This document shows, in pieces, positions 42,396 to 53,675 of a stretch of DNA of 64,000 nt. How positions within the stretch are numbered: the stretch's first letter is position 1; each line of letters opens with the position of its first letter. The stretch is from Nitrospirota bacterium (GTDB lineage Bacteria; Nitrospirota; UBA9217). Where the stretch lies: assembly GCA_963840455.1 (NCBI GenBank), contig CAWIYV010000008.1, positions 1 through 64,000 on the forward strand. Direction: 5' to 3'. The translations under genes and the position numbers were made by a program. The notes beneath the pieces were generated by a model that had not been told where the DNA came from, made no database searches, and saw nothing but the letters and a program-made list of their open reading frames with translations.

Positions 42396-44655
42396 GAATC
42401 GCATGGATTATCTCAACGACCTCAATCCTCCCCAGCGCGAAGCGGTCCTGCACGGCGACGGTCCGCTCCTGATCCTTGCCGGCGCGGGCAGCGGCAAAAC
42501 GCGCGTGATCACCTGCCGGATCGCGCACTTGATCCGGGAGCGGGGCGTCCATCCGGGGAACATCCTGGCGGTGACGTTCACGAACAAGGCGGCGACGGAG
42601 ATGCGCGAGCGGCTGGAACGCCTGCTCGCCATGCCGCTCCGGGGTCTCTGGATCAGCACGTTCCACGCTGCCTGCGTCCGTATCCTCCGCCAGCATATCA
42701 ACGCGCTGGGCTACAAGAAATCCTTCGTGATCTACGATGAAACGGACCGTTCGTCGCTGATCAAGACCTGTATGCAGGACCTGCGGATCGACGACAAGCA
42801 TTATCAGCCCCGGGCCGTCATCGCGCGCATCAGCGCCCTCAAGAACAACCTTACGGACCCCGAGCAGTTCGCGAAGAGGAGCGCGGGGTTCGGCTTCGAC
42901 GACGCCGTGTACCGGACCTACAGCCTCTATAACGAGCGCCTGAAAGAATCGGGCGGCGTGGACTTTGATGACCTGCTGATGCTCACGGTCCGGCTCCTGG
43001 AGCAGCACCCGGACGTGCTCGCGTACTACCAGCAGCTGTTCCACCACGTCCTGATCGACGAGTACCAGGACACCAACCACGCGCAGTACCGGCTGGTCCG
43101 TCTCCTGACCGCGAAGAGCAGGAGCCTGTGCGTGGTGGGCGACGACGACCAGAGCATCTACAAGTTCCGGGGCGCTGACATCACGAACATCCTGAACTTC
43201 GAGAAGGACTATCCGGACACGACGATCATCAAGCTGGAGCAGAACTACCGCTCCACGGAGAACATCCTCGGCGCGGCCAGCGCCGTGGTGAAGCGGAACC
43301 TGGGCAGGAAGGACAAGACGCTCTGGACGAGCCGCCGCGGCGGGGAACAGATCCTCTGCTACACTGCCGTTGACGAAAAGGACGAGGCGCGCTTCATCTG
43401 CAGGAACATCGAGCGGTTCATCGACGACGGCAGGGCGCTCGCGGAGATCGCGGTCCTGTACCGCACCAATGCACAGTCCCGCGCCCTCGAGGACGCGCTC
43501 CGGAACCGCGGCGTCGCGTACCGGATCTTCGGCGGTCTCCGGTTCTACGACCGCAAGGAGATCAAGGACATCATCGCCTACCTCCGGGTCCTGCACAATC
43601 CGGCGGACGCGGTCAGCCTGCGCCGCATCATCAATGTCCCTGCCCGCGGCATCGGCGACACGACCGTGGACCGGCTCGAACGGACGGGCCAGCAAAAGGG
43701 CCTCTCGCTCTACCAGGCGGCGATGGACCCGGCCGGTGCCGATGTTTCGACGGCTGCTGCGCGAAAGCTCGGAGAGTTCACCGGCATGATGGAGCGGCTT
43801 CGCGCCGGGCTGGACGGCCTGACCCTGACCGACCTCGTCCGGAAGGTCATCGAGGACTCGGGCTACGTGAGGTCCCTGGAAGAGGAGCGGTCCATCGAGG
43901 CCAGGATCAGGATCGAGAACCTGACCGAGCTGCTCACGGCGACCGAGGATTTTCAGGAGCAGAACCGCGAGGCCACGCTTCCCGCGTTCCTGGACCAGGT
44001 GGCGCTGATCACCGACATGGAACAGCAGTCGGCAGGGGAGGGGAAGGGGAGAACGACAGCGAACAGCGTGACGCTCATGACCCTGCACAATGCCAAGGGG
44101 CTGGAATTCCCGGTGGTGTTCATGGCCGGCATGGAAGAAGGCCTGTTCCCCCATGCACGCTCGGCTGAAAGCGAAGAGGAGCTGGAAGAGGAGCGGAGGC
44201 TCTGCTACGTGGGCATGACGCGGGCGAAGGAGCGGCTCATCCTGACCCACGCGTCGGAGCGCAGGATCTACGGTTACCCTCAGGCGAACCTCGTCTCACG
44301 GTTCGTCGAAGAGATCCCCGCAGAGCTGATCGAGCGGGAAGGAATGCCGGTCTTTACCTCAGGTACCGGGAAACGGTATGTCCGGTGGGAGGACGCAATC
44401 GCACCTGACCATGCGCCGCCGGTGCTCGTGAACGCGGGACGCAAGGCGGCGAGCGGGCCGCCAACCGCAGCAGCGGCAAGGTCCGGCGATAAGACCCCGT
44501 ACTACAACGGGGCTGTGGTGAAGCACGCGAAGTTCGGCATCGGGACGGTCCAGCGCTCGGAAGGCGCCGGGGACGACCTGAAGATCAGCGTCAGCTTCCC
44601 CGGCCACGGGGTGAAGACCCTGGCGGTGAAGTACGCGAACCTTGAAGTGATATAG
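42394..44655 (+). CDS. pcrA: ATP-dependent DNA helicase PcrA/UvrD
   Basis: AGAGSGKT, DEYQDTN, GDDDQSIY, HNAKGLEF, EERRLCYV, C-terminal Tudor-like domain. Confidence 0.95.
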   Translation: MNRMDYLNDLNPPQREAVLHGDGPLLILAGAGSGKTRVITCRIAHLIRERGVHPGNILAVTFTNKAATEMRERLERLLAMPLRGLWISTFHAACVRILRQHINALGYKKSFVIYDETDRSSLIKTCMQDLRIDDKHYQPRAVIARISALKNNLTDPEQFAKRSAGFGFDDAVYRTYSLYNERLKESGGVDFDDLLMLTVRLLEQHPDVLAYYQQLFHHVLIDEYQDTNHAQYRLVRLLTAKSRSLCVVGDDDQSIYKFRGADITNILNFEKDYPDTTIIKLEQNYRSTENILGAASAVVKRNLGRKDKTLWTSRRGGEQILCYTAVDEKDEARFICRNIERFIDDGRALAEIAVLYRTNAQSRALEDALRNRGVAYRIFGGLRFYDRKEIKDIIAYLRVLHNPADAVSLRRIINVPARGIGDTTVDRLERTGQQKGLSLYQAAMDPAGADVSTAAARKLGEFTGMMERLRAGLDGLTLTDLVRKVIEDSGYVRSLEEERSIEARIRIENLTELLTATEDFQEQNREATLPAFLDQVALITDMEQQSAGEGKGRTTANSVTLMTLHNAKGLEFPVVFMAGMEEGLFPHARSAESEEELEEERRLCYVGMTRAKERLILTHASERRIYGYPQANLVSRFVEEIPAELIEREGMPVFTSGTGKRYVRWEDAIAPDHAPPVLVNAGRKAASGPPTAAAARSGDKTPYYNGAVVKHAKFGIGTVQRSEGAGDDLKISVSFPGHGVKTLAVKYANLEVI

Positions 44656-44660
44656 TTTAT

Positions 44661-44753
44661 TTTCACCGCAGAGACCGCGGAGGACGCAGAGAAGATCTCG
44701 GGATTTATGTTGGTTCATCATTCCTCAGCGCTCTCTGCGATCTCTGCGGTAAA
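44661..44753. repeat. 9-bp-periodic inverted repeat (family B)
   Basis: TTCACCGCAGAGACCGCGGAGGACGCAGAG ... CTCAGCGCTCTCTGCGATCTCTGCGGTAAA. Confidence 0.8.
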
Positions 44754-44774
44754 AGAATATTCAGGAGTCAATGT

Positions 44775-45062
44775 ATGAAGATATCGAAACAGGAAGTGGA
44801 GCATGTGGCGAAGCTGGCGAGGCTGGAGCTTTCGGAGCAGGAGAAGGAAAAGCTCACGGACCAGCTCTCGAACATCCTCACCTATGTGGAGACGCTGAAC
44901 TCGCTGGACACGAAGGGCGTTGAACCGACCTCCCATGTCCTCGACCTCAAGAACGTGATGCGCGACGACGTGGCCGTACCGGGCCTTACCCAGGAGCAGG
45001 CCCTGGCGAACGCGCCGGACAAGGCAGCGGGGCATTATAAAGTGCCGAAGATCATCGAATAG
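44775..45062 (+). CDS. gatC: Asp/Glu-tRNA amidotransferase subunit C
   Basis: [25 protein letters not shown]. Confidence 0.96.
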   Translation: MKISKQEVEHVAKLARLELSEQEKEKLTDQLSNILTYVETLNSLDTKGVEPTSHVLDLKNVMRDDVAVPGLTQEQALANAPDKAAGHYKVPKIIE

Positions 45063-45156
45063 ATTGCGGATCGCAGATCGCAGGTCGCGGATCGTGAAGC
45101 GACCGCGGCGAACTATTTGTGCTCATTCCACAATCCGAAATTCGCAATCCGCAATT
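45063..45156. repeat. Heptamer-periodic inverted repeat
   Basis: ATTGCGG ATCGCAG ATCGCAG GTCGCGG ATCGTGA ... AATCCGA AATTCGC AATCCGC AATT. Confidence 0.75.
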
Positions 45157-45168
45157 AAAGGGAGACCC

Positions 45169-45519
45169 ATGTTACGACTGATGTTGAGATCGAAGATCCA
45201 CCGGGCCACGGTGACGGACGCGAACCTGGAATACGAGGGGAGCCTGACCGTGGACCCCCTGCTGCTTGAGGCGGCGGGCATCCTGCACTACGAGCAGGTG
45301 AGCGTCTCGAACCTGAACAACGGCGAGCGCTTCGAGACTTACGTGATCCCCGGCAAGCGCGGCTCCGGCGACATGGTCCTGAACGGGCCCACGGCGCGGA
45401 AGGGCGCGAAGGGGGATAAGGTCATCGTCTTCTGCTATGAGTACTATAGCGAGCAGGAGCTCAAGACCTTCAAGCCCCGGATCATCATGGTCGACGACCA
45501 GAACAGGATAAAGGAGTAG
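45169..45519 (+). CDS. panD: Aspartate 1-decarboxylase
   Basis: [12 protein letters not shown]^S self-cleavage site, [10 protein letters not shown]. Confidence 0.96.
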   Translation: MLRLMLRSKIHRATVTDANLEYEGSLTVDPLLLEAAGILHYEQVSVSNLNNGERFETYVIPGKRGSGDMVLNGPTARKGAKGDKVIVFCYEYYSEQELKTFKPRIIMVDDQNRIKE

Positions 45520-45521
45520 CA

Positions 45522-46979
45522 ATGGACCTCTTTTCCCTCACGGTCAACGAGCTGGGCGGCCTGCTTGCGAAGGGCGAGACCACATCACGGGCCGTGACCG
45601 AATCCGTCCTGGAGCGGATCAAGGCCGTGGACAGCAAGGTCCGGGCATATATCACGGTGACCGGCGACGCTGCGCTTGCGCAGGCAGACAAGGCGGACAA
45701 GGACCGCAAGGCCGGCACCGCATCGCCTGTGCTCGGCATCCCCGTTGCCATCAAGGACAACATGTGCACCGCAGGCATACGGACGACCTGCGCATCGAAG
45801 ATCCTGGGGAACTTCATTCCGCCCTACGATGCCACGGTTGTCAGTCGGCTCGGCCAGGCGGGAACGGTGATGCCCGGCAAGGTCAACATGGATGAGTTCG
45901 CCATGGGCTCTTCCACGGAGAATTCGGGGTTCTTCGCGACGAAGAATCCCTGGGACCTCGAGCGCATCCCCGGCGGGTCCAGCGGCGGGTCCGCGGCAGC
46001 GGTGGCCGCGGGAGAATGCATCGCAGCGCTGGGGTCCGACACAGGCGGCTCCATACGCCAGCCGGCTGCCTGCTGCGGCGTGGTGGGCCTCAAACCCACC
46101 TATGGCAGGGTCTCGCGCTTCGGGCTCGTTGCCTTTGCCTCGTCCCTGGACCAGATCGGTCCGCTCACCAAGGACGTGACCGATTCCGCCATCATGATGA
46201 ACGCCATTGCGGGCCATGATCCGAAGGACTCGACGTCCGCCGACGTGCCGGTCCCGGATTTCAGGTCGTCGCTGGTCAAGGATGTGAAAGGCATGAAGGT
46301 CGGCATCCCAAAGGAGTACTTCATCGAGGGCATGGATCCCGAGGTGGACAAGGCGGTCCGGGACGCGGTCAGGACGCTCGAGGGCCTCGGCGCCAAGATC
46401 GTGGACGTCACCCTGCCGCACACCGGCTATGCCGTGGCCACGTACTACATCCTCGCCACCTCTGAGGCGAGCTCGAACCTCGCCCGCTACGACGGGGTCA
46501 AGTACGGGTTCCGCGCCGAGGGTGCGAAGGACCTCCTGGACCAGTACATGAAGTCCCGCAGTCAGGGCTTCGGGCCCGAGGTAAAGCGCAGGATCATGCT
46601 CGGCACCTATGCCCTCTCGGCGGGCTACTACGAGGCCTACTACAAGAAGGGTCAGCAGGTCCGCACGCTGATCAAACAGGACTTCGAGGAGGCCTTCAAG
46701 AACGTTGACGTGATTGCCACGCCCACGGCGCCGACAGCCGCGTTCAAGCTCGGGGAGAAGTCATCGGACCCGCTCCAGATGTACCTGTCGGACATCTTCA
46801 CCATCAGTGTGAACCTGGCCGGCATTCCCGGCATTTCCTTGCCCTGCGGGTTCGCGACGGGCAACCTCCCCATCGGACTCCAGCTGCTGGGCAGGCACTT
46901 CGACGAGGCCTCGGTCCTGCGCGCGGCCTTCGCGTATGAGCAGGCGACGGATTGGCATAAGAAAAGACCGAAGATATGA
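45522..46979 (+). CDS. gatA: Asp/Glu-tRNA amidotransferase subunit A
   Basis: [33 protein letters not shown]. Confidence 0.97.
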   Translation: MDLFSLTVNELGGLLAKGETTSRAVTESVLERIKAVDSKVRAYITVTGDAALAQADKADKDRKAGTASPVLGIPVAIKDNMCTAGIRTTCASKILGNFIPPYDATVVSRLGQAGTVMPGKVNMDEFAMGSSTENSGFFATKNPWDLERIPGGSSGGSAAAVAAGECIAALGSDTGGSIRQPAACCGVVGLKPTYGRVSRFGLVAFASSLDQIGPLTKDVTDSAIMMNAIAGHDPKDSTSADVPVPDFRSSLVKDVKGMKVGIPKEYFIEGMDPEVDKAVRDAVRTLEGLGAKIVDVTLPHTGYAVATYYILATSEASSNLARYDGVKYGFRAEGAKDLLDQYMKSRSQGFGPEVKRRIMLGTYALSAGYYEAYYKKGQQVRTLIKQDFEEAFKNVDVIATPTAPTAAFKLGEKSSDPLQMYLSDIFTISVNLAGIPGISLPCGFATGNLPIGLQLLGRHFDEASVLRAAFAYEQATDWHKKRPKI

Positions 46980-47160
46980 TAATTTGCCGCAAAGACATAG
47001 AGGGCACGGAGAAGACCGAAAAGCATATTTTGACAGGATCAACAGGACAGCACCACAACCTGAGTTTTGTTGGTGCAGCGAAAGAAGAGAACCTTTAATC
47101 AGTAAGCTTTACTTTGTATCGCCGCGCCTCTGCGGCGGATGTTCCTGAAAGGATGTTACG

Positions 47161-48591
47161 ATGAAATACGAAGCAGTCATCGGACTGGAGGTGCACGCGC
47201 AGCTCCAGACCAACACCAAGATCTTCTGCGGCTGCGAGACCGCGTTCGGCGAGGAGGCCAACACGCGGACCTGTCCGGTCTGCATCGGCATGCCGGGCGT
47301 GCTGCCGGTGCTGAACAGGAAGGCCGTCGAGTTCATCATCAAGACCGGCCTGGCAACGCACTGCACCATCAGCACCTTCAGCAGGTTCGCCCGGAAGAAC
47401 TATTTCTATCCTGACCTGCCCAAGGGCTACCAGATCTCCCAGTATGAGCTGCCGCTGTGCGAGCACGGGTATGTGGAGATCGTGGTCGACGGTGCGGTCA
47501 AGCGGATCGGCATCACGCGCATCCATCTCGAGGAGGACGCAGGCAAGAATCTGCACACCGCCGAGAGCGGCGCGAGCCTGGTGGACCTGAACCGCGCCGG
47601 CACGCCGCTCATGGAGATCGTATCCGAACCCGATATCCGCACGGCCGATGAGGCCGCGGAATATCTCAAAAAGCTCCGCTCCCTCCTGCGCTATATCGAG
47701 GTGTCCGACGCCGATATGGAGAAGGGGAACTTCCGGTGCGACTGCAACGTGTCGATCCGGCCCGTGGGCGCCAGGGAGTTCGGCACCCGGGCGGAAGTCA
47801 AGAACGTCAACTCCTTCAAGTTCGTGCAGAAGGCGCTGGAATACGAGATCAAGCGCCAGGCCCAGATCCTCGACGAAGGAGGGCGGGTGGTTCAGGAGAC
47901 GCGCCTGTTCGATTCCACCAAGGGGATAACCTTTTCCATGCGGAGCAAGGAAGAGGCGCACGACTACCGGTATTTCCCCGAGCCTGACCTCGTGCCTGTG
48001 GTGACCTCACCGGCGACCGTTGAGAGCATCAGAGCGACCATCCCCGAGCTGCCGGACGCAAAGCGGGAGCGGTTCGTGAAGGAGTACGGACTGCCGGAAT
48101 ACGACGCCGACATGCTGACCCAGAGCAGGGGGCTTGCGGCGTACTTCGAGGAGTCGGCAGCGCTTTCGGGGCAGCCCAAGGTGATCTCGAATTGGATGAT
48201 GGGCGAGCTTATGCGGCTCATGAACGCGGACAACAGGGAGATCGAGGCATGTCCGGTTAGGCCGGACCGGCTCGCCGGCATGGTCAAGATGATCGCGGAC
48301 GGAGTGATCAGCACCAAGATCGCCAAGACCGTGTTCGAGGAGATGTACAGGACCGGCAAGGACGCCGGGACGGTGGTAAAAGAGCAGGGACTGGTGCAGG
48401 TGTCTGACACCGGAGAGATCGAGAGGATCATCGCTGAGGTGATCAAGGCCAACCCATCCCAGCACGCCGACTACAAGACTGGAAAGGATAAGCTGTTCGG
48501 ATTTTTCGTGGGACAGGTGATGAAGGCGAGCAAGGGCAAGGCGAACCCGGATATCGTGAACCAGCTGCTGAAGAAGAAACTGGCAGAATAA
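47161..48591 (+). CDS. gatB: Asp/Glu-tRNA amidotransferase subunit B
   Basis: [36 protein letters not shown]. Confidence 0.97.
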   Translation: MKYEAVIGLEVHAQLQTNTKIFCGCETAFGEEANTRTCPVCIGMPGVLPVLNRKAVEFIIKTGLATHCTISTFSRFARKNYFYPDLPKGYQISQYELPLCEHGYVEIVVDGAVKRIGITRIHLEEDAGKNLHTAESGASLVDLNRAGTPLMEIVSEPDIRTADEAAEYLKKLRSLLRYIEVSDADMEKGNFRCDCNVSIRPVGAREFGTRAEVKNVNSFKFVQKALEYEIKRQAQILDEGGRVVQETRLFDSTKGITFSMRSKEEAHDYRYFPEPDLVPVVTSPATVESIRATIPELPDAKRERFVKEYGLPEYDADMLTQSRGLAAYFEESAALSGQPKVISNWMMGELMRLMNADNREIEACPVRPDRLAGMVKMIADGVISTKIAKTVFEEMYRTGKDAGTVVKEQGLVQVSDTGEIERIIAEVIKANPSQHADYKTGKDKLFGFFVGQVMKASKGKANPDIVNQLLKKKLAE

Positions 48592-48623
48592 GGAAAATGA
48601 TGCGGTGAGGTCGACAGAATCAA

Positions 48624-48707
48624 TTTCACCGCAGAGGACGCAGAGATCGCCGAGAAAAAGTGATCTGGCCGATTCACCTCTGCGGCCTCCGCGTTCTCTG
48701 CGGTAAA
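48624..48707. repeat. 9-bp-periodic inverted repeat (family B)
   Basis: TTCACCGCAGAGGACGCAGAGATCGCCGAG ... CTCTGCGGCCTCCGCGTTCTCTGCGGTAAA. Confidence 0.8.
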
Positions 48708-48758
48708 TAATATCTATTTTGTGAATCGGAAATCTACTACGATGTAGGGGGATATCAG

Positions 48759-49451
48759 ATGCTTGAACAAATGCGGAAACATATGAACTGGATCATGTGG
48801 ATCATCCTGATCCTCGTGATCATCTCTTTCCTGTTCTTCGGGATATACCCGTCCGACCGGGGGCGGGGCGAGGCGGCAACGGTCAATGGCGATGTCATCA
48901 CCGCCGGAGAACTGGACCGGGCATACCGGAACATGTACGAATCGTACCGCCAGATCTTCAAAGACAAGTTCACCGACGCCATGGCCAAGACCCTCCGGCA
49001 GCAGGCGCTGCGGGACCTTGTCCAGAACCGGCTTCTGGTCCAGGAGGCGTCAAGGATGGGACTCCGGGTGTCCGATGAAGAGATCCAGGCGGCGATCATG
49101 CGGACACCGGCATTCGCGCCGGGTGGCAGGTTCGACAAGGCCGCCTACGACCGCTACCTTGACTACATCAACGTCAAACACAGCGTGTTCGAAGAGACTC
49201 AGCGGGAATTCATGCTGAAGCAGAAGATCGAACGGATCATCGAAGATGCGGTCGATGTGACCGAGGACGAGCTGAAGGCAGCGTATGCCTCCCGCAATGC
49301 CAAGGCAAAGGCCGGAGACTTTGACAAGGACCGCGAGGCCTTCCGGAAGACCTATTTGGCGGAGAAAAGACGGGATGCCGTGAACGCTTACGCCCAGGCC
49401 CTCTTCAAGAAAGGCAAGATCACGTTGAACCAGGCGGAGCTCGCATCGTAA
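48759..49451 (+). CDS. SurA N-terminal domain protein (short PpiD-like, no PPIase domain)
   Basis: MLEQMRK + TM, ATVNGDVIT, MGLRVSDEEI, GRFDKAAY. Confidence 0.8.
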   Translation: MLEQMRKHMNWIMWIILILVIISFLFFGIYPSDRGRGEAATVNGDVITAGELDRAYRNMYESYRQIFKDKFTDAMAKTLRQQALRDLVQNRLLVQEASRMGLRVSDEEIQAAIMRTPAFAPGGRFDKAAYDRYLDYINVKHSVFEETQREFMLKQKIERIIEDAVDVTEDELKAAYASRNAKAKAGDFDKDREAFRKTYLAEKRRDAVNAYAQALFKKGKITLNQAELAS

Positions 49452-49473
49452 AACGCATCTTGCCGGAAAAACA

Positions 49474-49510
49474 GCGGGGCACGGCCGTTCGATCGGCCGC
49501 GCCCCTTTTT
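49474..49510 (+). terminator. Rho-independent terminator
   Basis: GGGGCACGGCCG-TTCGAT-CGGCCGCGCCCC-TTTTTT. Confidence 0.75.
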
Positions 49511-49593
49511 AATTGGATCTTCTCCCTGTTAAGTGGGCAAAACATACCAGACAAGGGCCGGGTTTTTGCATATCCCCTTCGCGTTCTGAATGG

Positions 49594-49720
49594 ACCCCTC
49601 CGCACCTCCCCTTGTTAAGGGGAGGCTGGGTGGGGTAGGCCACGTCCGCTCGCCCGATAATAAAGCACCCTCTCCCTTTTCCCCTCTCCCCTCGAGGGAG
49701 AGGGGCGGGGGTGAGGGGCA
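49594..49720. repeat. REP-like purine/pyrimidine palindromes (family C)
   Basis: CCTCCCCTT-GTT-AAGGGGAGG and CCCCTCTCCCTCGAGGGAGAGGGG with flanking arms. Confidence 0.65.
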
Positions 49721-50061
49721 GTCTTGATACTTCGGCCTCAGACATGCGCGTTTAAGCTCCATGCAGTTTGCTTTTGGGAGCTTCAACAGGTCTGTGCACA
49801 AGCATGCGCAAGCGGTCACAGTCGATCACATCACGAAGCCAAGCAGACACGGCCGAGCCCGGTTTAACGGGCGAAGGGATGTGCCGCTTTGCCCGATGAA
49901 TATTGATATCAGTACCAGCCCTGCATGCCTGCACTGAGCTGTGAGCCGGGGTGCAGAAAAGAAAGTGAATTATTCTTGTACCTGATTTAAATCGTTGTAT
50001 GATACCCACTTGTTTAAGATGTGATCCCTTCTGGTATTGTCCGGAACGAACGGACCGTGCG

Positions 50062-51456
50062 TTACTTCCGCTCCCCAAGCTCCGCGAACAGATGGATCAG
50101 GCTCCTGCAGGCGCTCTCCCAGTCGGCGATGACCAGGCTTTCGTTCTCCGAATGGTTGGCAGCGTAGGGATCGCCGACACCGAAGAGCAGGGCCGGCACG
50201 CCGCCCAGGGTCTCGGTGATGGTCTGGACAAACGGTATCGATCCGCCGGCGCCGGTGACCACGGGTTTCCTGCCGTACCCTTTTTCCAGCGCTGCCAGAG
50301 CCGCTTCGAAGATCGGCCCCTCCGTGTCGGTCCGCCACCATCGCGAGGGAGATTCCGGGTTCACCGTCACCTGCACCCCCCAGGGCGCCTGTTTCATCAG
50401 GTGGTCCTTCAGAAGTCCCAGCGTCTCTACGGGGTCCATGTCCGGGACGATGCGGATGCCGACGCGCGCCCACGCCGCGTCGTTGATGATGTTTGCCGCC
50501 TGTTTTCTGCTGCTGGCCTCGATGGCGTTCACGGCGATCGATGGCCGGTACCACATCTTCTCGTACACCGTTCCCGTTCCGCCGATAATGTTCACGCTGT
50601 CGAGGACCCGGGACTGCCTCCGGTAGACGGCTTCCTGGAACGGCAGGCTCTCCAGGCTTGCCCTGTCGCGGGGGGAGAGGGGCCGCACCTTGCCCAGGAT
50701 CCCCGGAATGGCAGGCCTTCCCTGATCATCAACGAGCGTTGCGAGCATCCTGGCAAGGGCCAGGACCGGATCGGGCAGGGGGCCTCCCCAGGTGCCCGAG
50801 TGCACGCTTGAGGACAGGGACCTGACCTCGACGGTCACGGTAACGATGCCCCGAAGCGATGCCGTAAGCGACGGCGTGCCGGTCTCGAAATTCTCGCTGT
50901 CCGCGATGACCACTGCATCGGCCGCGAGCAGTCTGCCGTGTTCCTTGAGAATCTGCTCCAGGTTGCCGGACCCGACCTCCTCCTCGCCTTCGATCAGCAC
51001 CTTCACGTTCACGGGAAGTCTTCCCGCGCCCTGCAGCCAGGAACTGACCGCGGCAAGGTGCATCATGACCCCGCCCTTGTCGTCCGAGGCGCCGCGGCCG
51101 TAAAGCCTTCCCTCCCGCTCCGATGGTTCGAACGGAGGCGTCTTCCAGAGGTCCTCTCTCCCTACGGGCTGGACATCATAATGGGCGTACAGGAGCAGGG
51201 TGGGCCCGCCGGGTGCGCCGATCCGCTGTCCGAACACCGAGGGGTATCCGGCGGTCGTCCCGAGGACCCTGACGTCGTTGAGCCGGTGTTTCCGAAGCAG
51301 CGTTGCCACGGCCCCTGCGCACGCCATGACCGGAGAGGCGTCGAAGCCGGGAAAACTGATGCTCGGGATGCGGACGAGGTCCTTCAGGTCCTGCAGATGG
51401 TCCTTTGCATGTTGTGAGAAGTGGTCCAGTGCGGTGGAGAGCGGTTTTCCTGTCAT
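50062..51456 (-). CDS. M20-family dipeptidase (ArgE/DapE/CNDP-like)
   Basis: YAHYDVQP, GRGASDDKG, EGEEEVGS, HSG, GGSIP, NHSENE. Confidence 0.92.
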   Translation of the reverse strand: MTGKPLSTALDHFSQHAKDHLQDLKDLVRIPSISFPGFDASPVMACAGAVATLLRKHRLNDVRVLGTTAGYPSVFGQRIGAPGGPTLLLYAHYDVQPVGREDLWKTPPFEPSEREGRLYGRGASDDKGGVMMHLAAVSSWLQGAGRLPVNVKVLIEGEEEVGSGNLEQILKEHGRLLAADAVVIADSENFETGTPSLTASLRGIVTVTVEVRSLSSSVHSGTWGGPLPDPVLALARMLATLVDDQGRPAIPGILGKVRPLSPRDRASLESLPFQEAVYRRQSRVLDSVNIIGGTGTVYEKMWYRPSIAVNAIEASSRKQAANIINDAAWARVGIRIVPDMDPVETLGLLKDHLMKQAPWGVQVTVNPESPSRWWRTDTEGPIFEAALAALEKGYGRKPVVTGAGGSIPFVQTITETLGGVPALLFGVGDPYAANHSENESLVIADWESACRSLIHLFAELGERK

Positions 51457-51599
51457 CGAGGCTCCTTGCCGGGAAGAAGACCTGGCCCGTTTGGCCGTCC
51501 ATGCGGTCCGAAACGGTCTGAGCGGATACCCGGTATTATAATCGCGTCATGCCGGATTATCAACCGGTCGCCTTGCGAAGAGGTATCTTGACCTGATCG

Positions 51600-51680
51600 T
51601 AGGAGCGAGCGCGTTCCCGGCTGTTCTTTACGGGGATAGCGAGCGAATAGGATGAGCATTCTTCCTTGAGGATCGTCTTC
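51600..51680. repeat. Degenerate family A element
   Basis: AGGAGCGAGCGCGTTCCC...GGGGATAGCGAGCGAATAGGAT...CCTTGAGGATCG. Confidence 0.65.
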
Positions 51681-52356
51681 AGAGACCTCTGCGGCCTCCT
51701 CTCCTGAGCTCGATCCCCGCTCTCACCAGCGCCGCCTCGAAATCCGGAAAGTCCTTCGGCTGCATCCCTGCATCCTTCCATGCTCTCACGAGATGCTCAA
51801 GGACCTTCCTCCTGTCATGCAAGGTCTTCGGGACGATGCCCCTGTGGTGTGCCGCCATGACAACGAGGTCGGAAGGGAGGGGATCGGCCTTTTCCCAGAT
51901 GCCGCGCATCTCTCTGAGGAAAATGCCCGCGGTCACGTCGCCGATGCCTTTGGCAAGTGACTTGATCCGCTGTTCGAGGTTCTTGCCATCCGCTGCAGCG
52001 GCGTGGAGGTTCGCGAGATCAGCCTGGTAGTCCTGCGTCAGCGCCCTGCACAGGTCCAGCAGCTTGGTCGCGGTCTTGAAGTCGTACCGCACATAGCCGC
52101 CTTGGTCCAGGACCTCCACGAGGCCGTCCCATCCTGTTTTGAGAACGGCTTTAGGCGAAACGATGGCCCTGGAAGCGAACTCGCGGAAGGTCTTTTTCAC
52201 AATGGTTTCCGATATCCTCGCACCGAAGAGCACGGACGCGAGGAACCACTTGAATATCTCCCGCGAGCGTCCCCGCGAAAGGTCGATCCCGAGCTCATCG
52301 GAGAACCTTCCCGGGTACTGCCCCCTAAGCGCCCGTATGGCGGATGCCGCGGTCAT
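51679..52356 (-). CDS. HhH-GPD superfamily-like protein
   Basis: FKWFLASVLFGARI, GGYVRYD, KGIGDVTAGIFLRE helix-hairpin-helix. Confidence 0.7.
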   Translation of the reverse strand: MTAASAIRALRGQYPGRFSDELGIDLSRGRSREIFKWFLASVLFGARISETIVKKTFREFASRAIVSPKAVLKTGWDGLVEVLDQGGYVRYDFKTATKLLDLCRALTQDYQADLANLHAAAADGKNLEQRIKSLAKGIGDVTAGIFLREMRGIWEKADPLPSDLVVMAAHHRGIVPKTLHDRRKVLEHLVRAWKDAGMQPKDFPDFEAALVRAGIELRRGGRRGL

Positions 52357-52589
52357 GATGCGTAATACCATGCCAGGACATTCTCGTCGAAATAGATCCG
52401 ATGGGTATTCCCGTCGCTTCCCTTGACCCTGAAGAACCGCTTTCGCACCCTGTACTCGGACCCTTCCTCGATCCAGCGGTCCGCGATCTCCACAACGTCG
52501 ATGCGCAGCCCCCGGAGGATGAATGTCACGGGCCGCTCATCACCCTTGTTGCCTGAATAGGATATGACGTCGATCTGTTCTGCGTACAT
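52353..52589 (-). CDS. Small conserved hypothetical protein (DUF6504-like)
   Basis: AGGAGGT RBS; ERPVTF..V.EIADRW..FFRV..DG pattern; ATGA overlap with the next gene. Confidence 0.6.
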   Translation of the reverse strand: MYAEQIDVISYSGNKGDERPVTFILRGLRIDVVEIADRWIEEGSEYRVRKRFFRVKGSDGNTHRIYFDENVLAWYYAS

Positions 52590-52752
52590 GCGACGACCTC
52601 CTTTTTCGGGACAGGGGAAATGCACGATTGTGCTCATCTTCGCTCGCGTCATAGCATTACCGGCACACATCTTCTTGAACTCTCGTTCATTACAAAAAAG
52701 ACTCCCCCTTTCTTAGAGTATGCCATAATTAAAGCAGGGAGGTGATGTTCTC

Positions 52753-53487
52753 ATGTTCCCATCCGCGAAAACGGTCGTCCGGATCCTGCTCTATTTCCTG
52801 GTCATGCTCCTTATCCTCTTGTATCTTGCCCTCTCTGCTGCAGCGGACCAGTACACGCTCAAGCGGCAGCAGATGGTCGAGCAGGATATCAGGGGAAGGG
52901 GCATCCAGGACCCTGTCGTTCTTGGTGTCATGGGCAGAGTTCCGAGGCATGTGTTCGTGGATGCATCCTACCGGGACAAGGCATATGGCGACCATCCACT
53001 GCCGATCGGAGAGGGGCAGACAATCTCGCAGCCCTATGTGGTCGCGCTCATGACCGAGGCTCTGCTGCTGAGGCCTGCCGACCGGGTGCTGGAGATCGGA
53101 ACGGGCTCTGGCTACCAGGCGGCAGTGCTTGCCGAGATCGTGAAGGAGGTCTATACCATCGAGATACGCAAGCCCCTTGCCGACCGGGCTGCGAAGACCC
53201 TCGCTGACCTCGGGTACCGGAATGTGAAGGTCAAATCCGGCGACGGGTACTTCGGTTGGGCGGAGCAGGCGCCTTATGACGCGATCATCATCACGGCTGC
53301 GGCAAACCACATCCCCCCGCCGCTCATTGAGCAGCTCAAGGAGCGCGGCAGGCTCATCGTGCCGCTCGGCAGCACGGTGTATTTCCAGACCCTCACTGTC
53401 GCGACGAAGCGGAAAGGGGAGCTGGACGTTGAACAGATATGCCCCGTGGCCTTCGTGCCCATGACCGGAAAGATGCAGGAGCGGTAA
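52753..53487 (+). CDS. pcm: Protein-L-isoaspartate O-methyltransferase with N-terminal hydrophobic leader
   Basis: [44 protein letters not shown]. Confidence 0.93.
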   Translation: MFPSAKTVVRILLYFLVMLLILLYLALSAAADQYTLKRQQMVEQDIRGRGIQDPVVLGVMGRVPRHVFVDASYRDKAYGDHPLPIGEGQTISQPYVVALMTEALLLRPADRVLEIGTGSGYQAAVLAEIVKEVYTIEIRKPLADRAAKTLADLGYRNVKVKSGDGYFGWAEQAPYDAIIITAAANHIPPPLIEQLKERGRLIVPLGSTVYFQTLTVATKRKGELDVEQICPVAFVPMTGKMQER

Positions 53488-53675
53488 ATATTGAGGTTCT
53501 TCTCCTTGCTGAGCGGATAGATAACGGTGAGAAAACTTCGTTCTCGCAGGCTGTGACAACACCTTTCTCAATCTACCGGCTGTTCTCATATTCTGCACGC
53601 ACAGTCGTCTTAACCGAGCTGCCCGGGGTTGAGGGTACATCAGATTCAAAGGCTTCGGTTCTCACCTAACCCTCC

